A stretch of 64,000 nt of DNA from an uncultured bacterium (GTDB lineage Bacteria; Babelota; Babeliae; Babelales; JABCYS01): the NCBI GenBank assembly GCA_963705705.1, contig CAVPKK010000009.1:1740-65739 (forward strand), read 5' to 3'. The notes below the pieces were generated by a model. The model was not told the DNA's origin. It made no database searches and worked only from the letters and a program-made list of their open reading frames with translations. Positions within the stretch are counted from its first letter, which is position 1. Each line of letters begins with the position of its first letter. The position numbers were made by a program, and so were the translations under genes. Positions 28,443 to 38,700 of this stretch are shown one piece after another.

Positions 28443-30793
28443 TTAAACCAAATCAGCTTCATCCGGCGGTGGAGGTGGCGGGGTTTCGCTACGCCTACTT
28501 GGTGGCGTATCATTTATGCCAGGTTGGCTTTTAGAGGCCTCTGAATCTCGCGGAGGCGTGTTCCGGTCTGTAGTTGCCGCAGATGGGCGTCTTTCCGGTG
28601 ATTGTGGCGCCTCGAGGCTAAAATTCATGAATTTTGGCGTTCTAGGCGATGCAGCAATGGGTGACAGGAATTGCGATTCAGGATCTCCAATTGATAAGCG
28701 AATCCTTGATTGTGGTGATCGGGAACCCAATTCTATACTATCTTGAATCGATTGCTGTCTTGGAGTAGGCGCATCCAAATAAAGGCTATTGAAATTAGCC
28801 GATTCGCCCAGGCTTATCCGCGCAGGATTAATATTCATGTCGGATTGACAGCTATTAAGAATCTCGTCGTATACCTTTTTGGGAATGTTAAAAACTATAG
28901 CATCGGTGACTACTTGCAGATCTTCCCGTATCTTTTCATTTAAGGTAATACGCTGTTTGATAAAGATGTTTTTAAGTTGGCGTTTTGTTAAGCCAACTAA
29001 GTTCTTCTGCTTTAATGTAGTTGCAAAGGCATCTGCGATGCGATCTGTTTGATCATTATCGCATTCACCGATTGAAAACCTCACACGTTTCTCACTAAAG
29101 TGCGCAGCAAGAGATTTAAGTAGCTCATCAACCATTTCACAGAAATCTCGGCCTTCGCCCGCGGAGAAATCCCAGCAGTTTAGATCCAGTTTCTTGCGCA
29201 GAAGATCATGAAACTTCTTAGTTTCACGGTACTTGCTTCCTTTATGCCGTATCCATGCATAACGTGCTGCACCGGTTGCCACGGCACTACCAGCGCCATA
29301 AAGAATCTTGGTTATTACATCAGAAAAAAGGCTTCCGCCTGAACTCATATTAATGGGATCAGGTGGGTTGGAAGAAGTAGATCCCGTGCTAGAAGCTGTA
29401 GAATTATTTCCGTTGCTGCCGGTAGATCCGGTTAGTGTTGGCGCAGGTGGAGTCTCCAGTGACTGCAGGTATGCCGCAGTAAGCGCAATACCATAAATTT
29501 GATAATGGCCATTCTGGTTACCTTGCCATGCAACGAAGACGTCGCCATTGGGTAAGGCTGTGGCAACGGCATCTTGCTGATTGCCACCCTGAATCTGATT
29601 AATCATAAACGGCCCATAAATAATATTGCCGTTGCTATCTATTATCGTTCCATAGATATCATAATTAGTGCTGGTTGAAGACGCTTGGGCTGAAAAAACA
29701 ATCAACGCATTGTTACCGTTATTAAATATAGCCACATTATTGCCGTGGACTGCCGTAAATGCTTGATATAGATTCCCCTGTAAATTAAGTGAGCCCTTTA
29801 ATAAGCTGCCATTTGCGCCATTAAACAGGGCACCTGTCATACCAGATAAAGTGCTTGGCTTCACTGACCATACTGAGAGAACCTTATCATTGGCAAAGGC
29901 CCCTAATCCAATGCCGCCAGATATACCATATTGCCCACCGCCATCATTATATTGGGAGGTAAAACGCTGACCAAGCGTTTTATTAAATGAAGATAATCTT
30001 AAATAACCATTATGGTCAGCAAAAAAGATGTTCCCATTAGGGTCTGAGGCTGCAATAAAATAGGCCCGTCCACTAATACTATCCAGTTTGTGCGATACGG
30101 TAGTTTGAGGCTGCCCCCTTGATTAATTTCTTGACCAAAAAATTGGTTAGATGAGCCAATATTTTCAAAAGACAAAAGGACATTACCATTTACTAATGGC
30201 ACTGCATTAATCGAAGGATTGTTATAACTACCTTGACCCCCAGCAGCAATCTGCAAATCCGATGATTCGCCAATTCCATTTCTATTAAAAAGGCGAGCTT
30301 TAAAATTATTATTGCTATCTACCCATGCCACAGCTGCAGAGCTATCATTAAATGAAGAGATGGTGGGCCAAAGCTGGGAAGTTAAATTAGATACCGGGAT
30401 TTCACTCGTTAATAATGATCCATCTTCATTTATTGCACGAAATGACGAGATACTGCCCTGTTGCCAAACCGCGTATAGATGCCCATCTGGCCATCCGACA
30501 ATGCCTGGGTTGGTCAGATCACTAGCGCTAGGATCATTGAGCATAAATTCGGTGCCAACCTGAGATTCAATTTTTGGAACATGGGTTGCCAAAAGGCCTA
30601 AAATCAAGGTTTTTTTTGAGGTATTGGCAAACCATCTGACGCTATTGCGCCAGGCATTGCATACCTTTTTTATTGTGGAAGGATCTGAATGATCTTGCGA
30701 TGGGAAGTTACCCGCTTGAAGAGCAGGCATTAAACAAAAGCCGATAGCCAAAAATAAGGTTAATTTGCGTGTCATGATGGTCGCCAAATGCAT
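28443..30793 (-). CDS. single-pass membrane protein (signal peptide, repeat-rich ectodomain, S/T linker, TM, cytoplasmic domain with a poly-Pro tail), split by a frameshift in a G5 run (ORFs 29999..30793 and 28443..29864)
   Basis: Both pieces carry the same type of strand-like repeats ('HLYAVWQQG', 'SAAVAWVDSNNNFKARLF', 'AYFIAASDPNGNIFFAD', 'GDVFVAWQGNQNGHYQIYG'). The downstream frame is open from just after the G5 run. A TM segment 'ILYGAGSAVATGAARYAWI' is present, and the protein ends 'ETPPPPPPDEADLV'. Confidence 0.6.
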
Positions 30794-30867
30794 ATTTTAC
30801 CTTCCATTAATTCTGCACTATGAGACCAATATAAGGGCTATGATCAGGATTGCAAATGGTAAATAGG

Positions 30868-30911
30868 CAAAAAAATGGCCCCGCAAGCTATTTTTAACCT
30901 GCGAGGGCCAT
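30868..30911 (-). terminator. rho-independent terminator ending the beta-helix gene array
   Basis: Hairpin atggccc-cgcaag...ctgcg-a-gggccat (~12 bp with bulges), followed on the minus strand by T7. It lies 26 nt past the stop at 30937. Confidence 0.75.
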
Positions 30912-30936
30912 ATTTTAGACTAAATTTGAGGCATAA

Positions 30937-31836
30937 TTACGCCGCTGGGCGTATAGAAATATTATCAATCACAGGATCAATTACTAACCCTGCCGCCTGC
31001 TGGGTCCCATTTACAACTGGAGTATATCCAAGGACTAAGAGGAAAGAGAGATTATAATTATTATCAGCTTCGAGGGGAACAAATCCAAGTGCTGCGATAC
31101 CATTATTTCCGAATGCAATATTGCCCCGGAGTTGGCTATCGGTATTGGCAACCGAGAAGCCCCAGTTACCATTTTCTTCCGCACTTGAATTCTTAATAGT
31201 TACGACACTAGTACCCTCGACGTTGAACCCTACTCCACCATTGCTATTTGCCACGCAATTACTCACGAAAGAAGAGTAGCTGCTCATGAAATCAAATCCG
31301 ACGTTCGCGTTAAAGCTACATTCACAATTGGTTATCCATCCTTTATCGCCGCTGTTAAATATGATCCCATTCCCCGATGTAAGGACCTGACATCCATCAA
31401 TCCGTACAGCTGTGTTATTAGATTGCACATTGATCCCGATCCCCGGGGGGTTAAGGAAGTTGACTAGATTTAGGCCACTTAACAAGATGTTATTGATTGC
31501 TATAGGTTCTGTTACAATGCCGGTTAACGCCCCAGTAAGGCCGCCACCATCAAGCACCCCATTCTTTATAACAGTATTGCTACTGGTCACAACAACTAAG
31601 AAAGTTAACGCGGATCCCGCAGTAACGGTCTTTCCATTCAAATCAAATATCACATTAGTGCCAGTAATGTTAAGAGCTCCGGTTACTGTCGCATCATCAG
31701 TCAAAATATACTTGCCCGGCTGAGAAAAGGTTGCGCCCGAGGCAATTTCTTGCGGGCTCACGTAAAAAAGAGGTGTGGCCGTGGCGCTGCCGATACCTAG
31801 CAGGCAGCCCAGTGATAGTAGTTTTTTTAAATTCAT
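30937..31836 (-). CDS. secreted right-handed parallel beta-helix (PbH1-repeat) protein, paralog 1
   Basis: Signal peptide 'MNLKKLLSLGCLLGIGSATA'. 'NITGTNVIFDLNGKTVTA', then ~22-aa beta-helix coils ('CVANSNGGVGFNVEGTSVVTIKNSSAEENGNWGFSV'). It ends 'IDNISIRPAA'. Confidence 0.7.
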   Translation of the reverse strand: MNLKKLLSLGCLLGIGSATATPLFYVSPQEIASGATFSQPGKYILTDDATVTGALNITGTNVIFDLNGKTVTAGSALTFLVVVTSSNTVIKNGVLDGGGLTGALTGIVTEPIAINNILLSGLNLVNFLNPPGIGINVQSNNTAVRIDGCQVLTSGNGIIFNSGDKGWITNCECSFNANVGFDFMSSYSSFVSNCVANSNGGVGFNVEGTSVVTIKNSSAEENGNWGFSVANTDSQLRGNIAFGNNGIAALGFVPLEADNNYNLSFLLVLGYTPVVNGTQQAAGLVIDPVIDNISIRPAA

Positions 31837-31868
31837 TTTTAATCCTCTCTAATCATTACAATACATAA

Positions 31869-32759
31869 TTATGTTATAGAAATATTATTGAAGCCGAGAT
31901 TAAGTGTCTCATTTTCCGGAATCACTGATGTATTAGATACAGCGATAAAGCCAATTGATCCAGAATAATTTTTATCTGCACCAGTACCACCATTCCCATA
32001 AGCAATATTGCCACGAAACTGAGAAGTAGTATTAGCGGCGGATAACTGGAAGCCCCAAGAGGAATTGTCTTCCGCACTGCAGTTTTTAACAGATACGATG
32101 CTGTTGAATAAGATATTAAACCCTATTGCGATATTTCCATTTGCCACGCAATTGCTCACAAAACAGCGCCCAGTACTGCCTCCTGCCCTTCCAAAATCAA
32201 ACCCGTCGGCCATATTGAAGCTACATTCGGTATTGGTTACCCAGCAACTGTCGGTATTGCCAACGACTAAACCCGAAAATGAATTAATGACCTCGCATGC
32301 ATCAATCCGCACGCCTGTGCTACCACTACCACTTACAAAGATCCCAATGCTTTTGTTGTTAGTCGAGACGTTAACAACAGTCACTCCACTTACCGAAGCA
32401 TTTATAATACCGCCAGCTGTTTCGACCCCAAACATTGCATATGATGTAGGATTACCGCCATCAAGCAGGCCATTCTTGACAGCAGTGTTATTACCATTCA
32501 AAAGAACTAACGCGGTGGCAGGTGTGAAAGTTGAATCTGCAGTAAGTGTCTTTCCATTAAGATCAAAAATTACATCCGCAGAAAGAGAAATACTGCTCGT
32601 TACTATTGCATCATCAGTCAAAACATAGGTGCCTGGGTTCGAGAATGTATAGCCGCCCGAAATCTGACTTGGATTTACATAGAATACCTTGGGGGAAGTA
32701 GCCAGGGCGATGGTGCTCGCACTCAAGGCAAAAAATTGAACTATTCTTTTAATTTGCAT
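31869..32759 (-). CDS. secreted parallel beta-helix protein, paralog 2
   Basis: Start moved to ATG 32759 ('MQIKRIVQFFALSASTIALA', AGGAG upstream). Same coil pattern. It ends 'GFNNISIT'. Confidence 0.7.
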   Translation of the reverse strand: MQIKRIVQFFALSASTIALATSPKVFYVNPSQISGGYTFSNPGTYVLTDDAIVTSSISLSADVIFDLNGKTLTADSTFTPATALVLLNGNNTAVKNGLLDGGNPTSYAMFGVETAGGIINASVSGVTVVNVSTNNKSIGIFVSGSGSTGVRIDACEVINSFSGLVVGNTDSCWVTNTECSFNMADGFDFGRAGGSTGRCFVSNCVANGNIAIGFNILFNSIVSVKNCSAEDNSSWGFQLSAANTTSQFRGNIAYGNGGTGADKNYSGSIGFIAVSNTSVIPENETLNLGFNNISIT

Positions 32760-32842
32760 TATCACTCCTAGGATATTTAATTTCTCAGTTAGACCTAACT
32801 TAGTTTGTGTTCGTCCACGCTTTGGCCCGAATCGTATAATCA

Positions 32843-33691
32843 TCAGGAGATTATACTATAATTAACCAACCCTTGGTCAAAAGTCGATGTTCCTACCGGA
32901 AATGATGTGTTGGTTATTGAATAAAAAGGCGGAACATTCATGCCTGCATAATTGCCCGCATCAGTAGCGTTAAAGGCAATATTTCCCAAGAATAAGGCAC
33001 TAGAGTAAGATGCATCGCTTTGAAAGTTAACCGAACTATTCATATAAGCCTTACAATTCTGAACCACTACAGATGACGAAGCATTAACAAAAAAGCCAGT
33101 AATGCCAAAATTGGCTACGCAATTATTTACCCATGCTTTTGTGCTTGAGGCAAAAGTGAACCCATTGGCGCAAGAGTCTACAGAACATGCTTCGATTCGT
33201 GCTTCTGTATCACTGTTAAGATAGAATGCATTCTCACAACTATCTGCAGTACAATTTCTGATTGTTACTTCTGTAGCTCCTGTAACTCCCGAAACGTTTA
33301 CGCCATAGAAGCAGTTAATGAAATCAATCCCATTAATTGAGGCAACTGGGCCGTGAGTTATTAATACCCCAATCGTTGTACCACCATTTGGAGCCATACC
33401 GCTGATAGTTCCATTTTGAACTGTTATATTCTTCCCAGTTAAGCTGAAAACCGTGACGCCCGTATTATCAGTAATGGTCTTTCCATTCATATCAAATATC
33501 ACATTAGTGCCAGTAATGTTAAGGGCTCCAGTTATTGTCGCATCATCAGTCAAAACATAGGTACCCGGGTTTGACATTGTAAAACCATTCACAATCTGTT
33601 TTTGGCATAAATAATATACCGGGTTGACCTCGGCCAGAACGATTGTGGTCGCGCTCAAGGCAATCAATTGAACTATTTTTTTAATTTTCAT
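32843..33691 (-). CDS. secreted parallel beta-helix protein, paralog 3
   Basis: Signal peptide 'MKIKKIVQLIALSATTIVLA', 'NITGTNVIFDMNGKTITD', beta-helix coils. It ends 'LVNYSIIS'. Confidence 0.7.
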   Translation of the reverse strand: MKIKKIVQLIALSATTIVLAEVNPVYYLCQKQIVNGFTMSNPGTYVLTDDATITGALNITGTNVIFDMNGKTITDNTGVTVFSLTGKNITVQNGTISGMAPNGGTTIGVLITHGPVASINGIDFINCFYGVNVSGVTGATEVTIRNCTADSCENAFYLNSDTEARIEACSVDSCANGFTFASSTKAWVNNCVANFGITGFFVNASSSVVVQNCKAYMNSSVNFQSDASYSSALFLGNIAFNATDAGNYAGMNVPPFYSITNTSFPVGTSTFDQGLVNYSIIS

Positions 33692-33738
33692 ATTACTCCT
33701 TGGATAGTTAAATATCTGGATGCAGGTTATTGGATCGC

Positions 33739-34779
33739 TTAATTAATAGAAATATTATCAACTACATGGTCAAGGCTTGTAGCCAATTGTAGACCATTAG
33801 TTACTGGGACGAATCCGCCTACTGTATCCCAGTCATAATTGTTGTCAGATCCAGCACTGCCGCCGACTCCACCATTTAAGGAAGCAACATTGCCACGTAG
33901 TTGAGCATTAGTGCCTGACAGAGCCTTGAACCCCCAACTGGTATTAGATTCCGCTTTTGAATGACTAAATACCGACTTACCCGTCACAATCATAGAATTA
34001 AAGCCTACGCCACCATTACCGTTTGCAACAGAGTTATATACCAAAACTGTAGAAGTATCTGAAACATCCAAACCATCGGCTGAATTGAAGTTTAATTCAC
34101 AGTTAGTAACCGTAGCGGATGTACCGGTACCGAAAGAAATTCCTGTCGTTCCAAAAATGGCTTCACAGTCAGTAACCGTACCGTATGTACCATTATCGAA
34201 AAGAATTCCGTTTGAGCAAAATTTTGCAGTACATCCTTTCAACGATGCATTGAAGAAGGCGTTATGGAACCCAGCGAACCCACAACTTACTGCGGTACAA
34301 TCTTGGATTTCTAATCCTATGCTGTCATTCCAAAATCCTTCTGAACAATTATATGCAGAGCATCTTTCGAATCGCGATGACCCCCCAGAGAATCCAGTTT
34401 GCATCCCCCTGAAACCGTTGAAAAAAACTATATCGCTGACTACAGTCTGTCCATCAACAGATAGTCCAGTTGTGAACCCTTGGCCAATGATGGTTCCATT
34501 TTTAACTACAGAATTATTAGCCGATACTTCGATAACTGGTCTAATTCCTGCAATATCTGTAATTGTTTTCCCGTTCAAATCAAACACCACATTAGGGGCA
34601 CTGATAAGGATTTGATGAGTTACAGATGCATCCTCGGTTACGATATACAGCCCTTGTACTGCCGCAGTATAACCTGCAGGGTCTTGCAATTGCGCTTTGC
34701 TCACATAGTAGACTGGGCTACCTAGAGCAATTGTGCTCGCACTTAGGGCGAACATTTGCACTATTTTTTTAATTTCCAT
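33739..34779 (-). CDS. secreted parallel beta-helix protein, paralog 4
   Basis: ATG 34779 ('MEIKKIVQMFALSASTIALG', AAGGAG upstream), 'VVFDLNGKTITD', beta-helix coils. It ends 'VVDNISIN'. Confidence 0.7.
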   Translation of the reverse strand: MEIKKIVQMFALSASTIALGSPVYYVSKAQLQDPAGYTAAVQGLYIVTEDASVTHQILISAPNVVFDLNGKTITDIAGIRPVIEVSANNSVVKNGTIIGQGFTTGLSVDGQTVVSDIVFFNGFRGMQTGFSGGSSRFERCSAYNCSEGFWNDSIGLEIQDCTAVSCGFAGFHNAFFNASLKGCTAKFCSNGILFDNGTYGTVTDCEAIFGTTGISFGTGTSATVTNCELNFNSADGLDVSDTSTVLVYNSVANGNGGVGFNSMIVTGKSVFSHSKAESNTSWGFKALSGTNAQLRGNVASLNGGVGGSAGSDNNYDWDTVGGFVPVTNGLQLATSLDHVVDNISIN

Positions 34780-34794
34780 TATCACTCCTTATAG

Positions 34795-35697
34795 TTAAAC
34801 AATCTCAATATTATCAATTGGGCTTATACGAATACCAGGTGGTAATTGAGCACCATTGTCAATTACAATCGAACCTACAGGTCCAGGACCACTATAATTC
34901 CCACCGGCATTATTATAGGCAAAGTTACCAGTCAGAACTGCGCCGGTATTGTTATAAAAACCTGAACCGGTATTGCCAACTGCTCTGCAGTTTTGAACAA
35001 TAATGTTACTGGTACCATTCAAGTAAAACCCTTCCACAACATTTTTTATAGCAGCGCATTTGCGTAGCAAAACCGATCTAGCGCCGGAATCTACATAGAA
35101 GCCATACCCGCTGCCACCATTACCACTACATTCTCCGATAAAATAATCGATTGCGGTAGGACGGATATAGAAACCAATACCTGAGTCATCAGCTTGGATA
35201 TTTCGGGCGACCACATGTGACGCACCGTTATCAAGACCCGTAGAAAAATTAGTGATACGGCCATTAGAAACTGTCACATAACTAAATCCACCAGCCACAT
35301 CTATACCTACGCCATTACTATTATTATTCGTTTGATTGACAGAGAAACCAGCCAGATCAAGCTCAACGCTTGAAGTAAATATCCTAATTGCCGGAGTTGT
35401 AAGGGTATAATTGCCAGAAACGTCGCCGCACAATATATAGCTACCCGGTACAGTTATTGTAATGGTTGTATTAGCAGGAAATATAGAAGGCGGAGTTCCG
35501 TCAGCATAAATAATCTCATACCCTGCACCACCTGGCAGCGGCTTAATGATATTCGTGCATGCAAAGCTATCATTGTCTTCATCCGATTCGAAAGACTCTG
35601 CATCAAAAAATGATCGCGTAGCAAACATTGGTGGGGAGGCCAGGGTGATCCCCCAGCCTCCCATGATCAAGATTGCTATTAAGCGTTTGATAACCAT
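34795..35697 (-). CDS. secreted parallel beta-helix protein, paralog 5
   Basis: Signal peptide 'MVIKRLIAILIMGGWGITLA'. The domain is collinear with the C-terminal domain of 35717..40213 ('YEIIYADGT...ITVPGSYILCGD', '...SVELDLAGFSV'). It ends 'PIDNIEIV'. Confidence 0.7.
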   Translation of the reverse strand: MVIKRLIAILIMGGWGITLASPPMFATRSFFDAESFESDEDNDSFACTNIIKPLPGGAGYEIIYADGTPPSIFPANTTITITVPGSYILCGDVSGNYTLTTPAIRIFTSSVELDLAGFSVNQTNNNSNGVGIDVAGGFSYVTVSNGRITNFSTGLDNGASHVVARNIQADDSGIGFYIRPTAIDYFIGECSGNGGSGYGFYVDSGARSVLLRKCAAIKNVVEGFYLNGTSNIIVQNCRAVGNTGSGFYNNTGAVLTGNFAYNNAGGNYSGPGPVGSIVIDNGAQLPPGIRISPIDNIEIV

Positions 35698-35716
35698 CGT
35701 TATTCCTTACGGACAG

Positions 35717-38700
35717 TTATGCTACTTGGATTTCAATATTATCAATTGAACGATCAATGCACATTCCTGGCGGCACTTGAGCACCATTGCCAATTACAAT
35801 TGAACCGAATGGTCCAGTTCCGCCATAGTTGGCAGTTGTATTATTGAATGCAAAGTTACCAAGCAATACACCCGTTGAGCTATCATTTTCGAATCCAAGC
35901 GTGCCATTGTTCGTAGCTTTGCTAGATTGAATGATTACATTGACTGCAGAAGATCCAATCGAGAAACCAGCACTTCCATTCTGAGTTGCTGAACATTCCT
36001 TCATATAAACATCTGTAGTTGATGGACCGTTAATAAAGAACCCGATACTACCATTGTTTGATGCATGGCTTCGCTCAATGAACACAAACGAAGATCCAGG
36101 TTGGATAAACATGCCCACAGTAAATGCATCCTCAACTTGGATGTCCTTTATAACTACATGGCTAGCGCTATCTATCACAATGTTCGTACCAAACTTAACC
36201 ACGCGGCCGTTATACATCGTTATATACGAAACAGGGGCTAAACTGGTATTTATACCAACACTGCTACCTGGAGCTCCATTTTGAATAACGGAGAAGCCAC
36301 CTAAATTAAGTTCGACACTTGAAGCAACTATATCAATACCATCGGTACCAGCAGCATCGATATCGCCGCATAGTTGATAACTGCCAGGCACGGTTATTAA
36401 CACAGGCGCTGGCGCACAAGGTCCGACTGTTCCGTCAGCATAGATAATCTGGTATCCACCAGGGCAAGCTACGATGAAGTTTGTGCAATCCACATCCTCA
36501 TCGGCAAGGCTTTCGAGCACCGTGAATGTGCCATTGAAGCCAGCTACCAGCTCAGCTTTGATATCGATTAATTCGCTGAAGGTTCCATTGAAGTCTGCAA
36601 CCAACTCAGTCTTGATATCAATCAACTCACTGAATGTGCCGTTAAAGTCATCAACGATAAGTGACTCGAGATCCGCTAGGATTGAGAACGTACCATTGAA
36701 GTCGGCCACAAGCTCATCTTTGATATCAATTAATTCAGTGAAGGTACCGTTGAAGAAAGCAACCAATTCAGTCTTGATATCGATCAACTCACTAAATGTG
36801 CCATTGAAGTCATCAACGATAAGTGACTCGAGGTCCGCTAGGATTGAGAACGTACCATTGAAATCGGCTACAAGTTCAGTCTTGATATCTATCAATTCAC
36901 TGAAGGTTCCGTTGAAGTCTGCAATGAGTGTTACCAAGATATCTTCAAGCACTGTGAAGGTGCCGTTGAATTCGGATTCAATGTCGTCATTGAGGCTTTC
37001 CAAAATGTTATTCAACATTGTGAACGTGCCATTGAAATCGGCTACGAGCTCCGTCTTGATATCGATCAACTCGCTGAACGTACCATTGAACTCTTCAATG
37101 ATAAGCACTTCGAGATCCTCTAGGAATGAGAATGTGCCGTTGAAGTCTGCAACTAGCTCTGTTTTGATATCAATTAATTCACTGAACGTACCATTGAAGT
37201 CAGCAATGATTAACGCTTCAATATCTGCTAGAACCGTGAATGTGCCATTGAAATCAGAAACAATATCATCCTCAATAGCATTCAACATTGTGAACGTGCC
37301 GTTGAAGTAAGCGACCAACTCAGTCTTGATATCGATCAACTCGCTGAAGGTTCCATTGAACTCTTCAATGATAAGCGCTTCGAGATCCGCTAAGATTGTG
37401 AACGTGCCATTGAAGTCTGAAACAATGTCATCCTCAATAGCATTCAACATAGTGAAGGTGCCATTGAAGTCGGCGACCAACTCAGTCTTGATATCGATCA
37501 ATTCACTGAAGGTACCGTTGAACTCCTCAATGATGAGAGCCTCGAGATCCTCTAGGAATGAGAACGTGCCATTGAAATCAGCTACGAGCTCAGTCTTAAT
37601 ATCAATCAATTCAGTGAAGGTACCGTTGAAGAAAGCGACTAATTCAGTCTTGATATCGATCAATTCGCTGAAGGTTCCATTGAACTCTTCAATGATAAGC
37701 GCTTCGAGATCCGCTAAGACTGTGAACGTGCCATTGAAGTCTGAAACAATGTCATCCTCAATAGCATTCAACATGGTAAACGTACCGTTGAAGTCAGCAA
37801 CTAACTCAGTCTTGATATCAATTAATTCAGTGAAGGTACCGTTGAAGAAAGCGACCAATTCCGTCTTGATATCGATCAACTCGCTGAAAGTTCCATTGAA
37901 CTCTTCAATGATAAGCGCTTCGAGATCCGCTAAGACTGTGAATGTGCCATTGAAGTCAGAAATAATATCATCCTCAATAGCATTCAACATAGTGAACGTA
38001 CCGTTGAAGTCGGCGACCAACTCAGTCTTGATATCGATCAATTCACTGAAGGTACCGTTGAACTCTTCAATGATAAGCACCTCTAGATCCTCTAAGACCG
38101 AGAATGTGCCATTGAAGTCTGCAACTAACTCAGTCTTGATATCAATTAATTCGCTGAACGTGCCATTGAACTCAGCAATGATTAACGCTTCGATATCTGC
38201 TAGGACTGTGAACGTACCATTGAAGTCTGAAATAATATCATCTTCGATAGCATTCAACATGGTGAATGTGCCGTTGAAGCCAGCAACTAACTCCGTCTTG
38301 ATATCAATCAACTCACTGAAGGTACCATTGAACTCTTCAATGATTAACGCTTCGATGTCTGCGAGCACTGAGAAGGTGCCATTAAATTCGCAAACTAAGA
38401 AGCAGCCAATCGCCTCGACTTCTGACAGGATTTCATCAACATCACAGTCAATCTCTTGCACAATGCTTAGGATAGAATCTATATCACTTTCAATCTCTTC
38501 TAGCACCGAGAACGTGCCGTTGAAATCAGCTACGAGTTCAGTCTTAATATCGATCAACTCACTGAAAGTGCCGTTGAATTCGCAAAGCAGGAAGCAGCCA
38601 AGCGCCTCGACTTCTGACAGAATTGCATCAACATCACAATCAATATCTTTCACAATGCTTAGAACCGAGTCTATATCACTTTCAATCTCGGCAAGTGTTG

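Noticed and set aside
32065-32628. 187-aa plus-strand ORF, and similarly 34085..34615, 31412..31723 and 34480..34725
   Set aside because: These are antisense to the beta-helix paralogs, whose minus-strand products have conserved leaders, SD sequences and family similarity.
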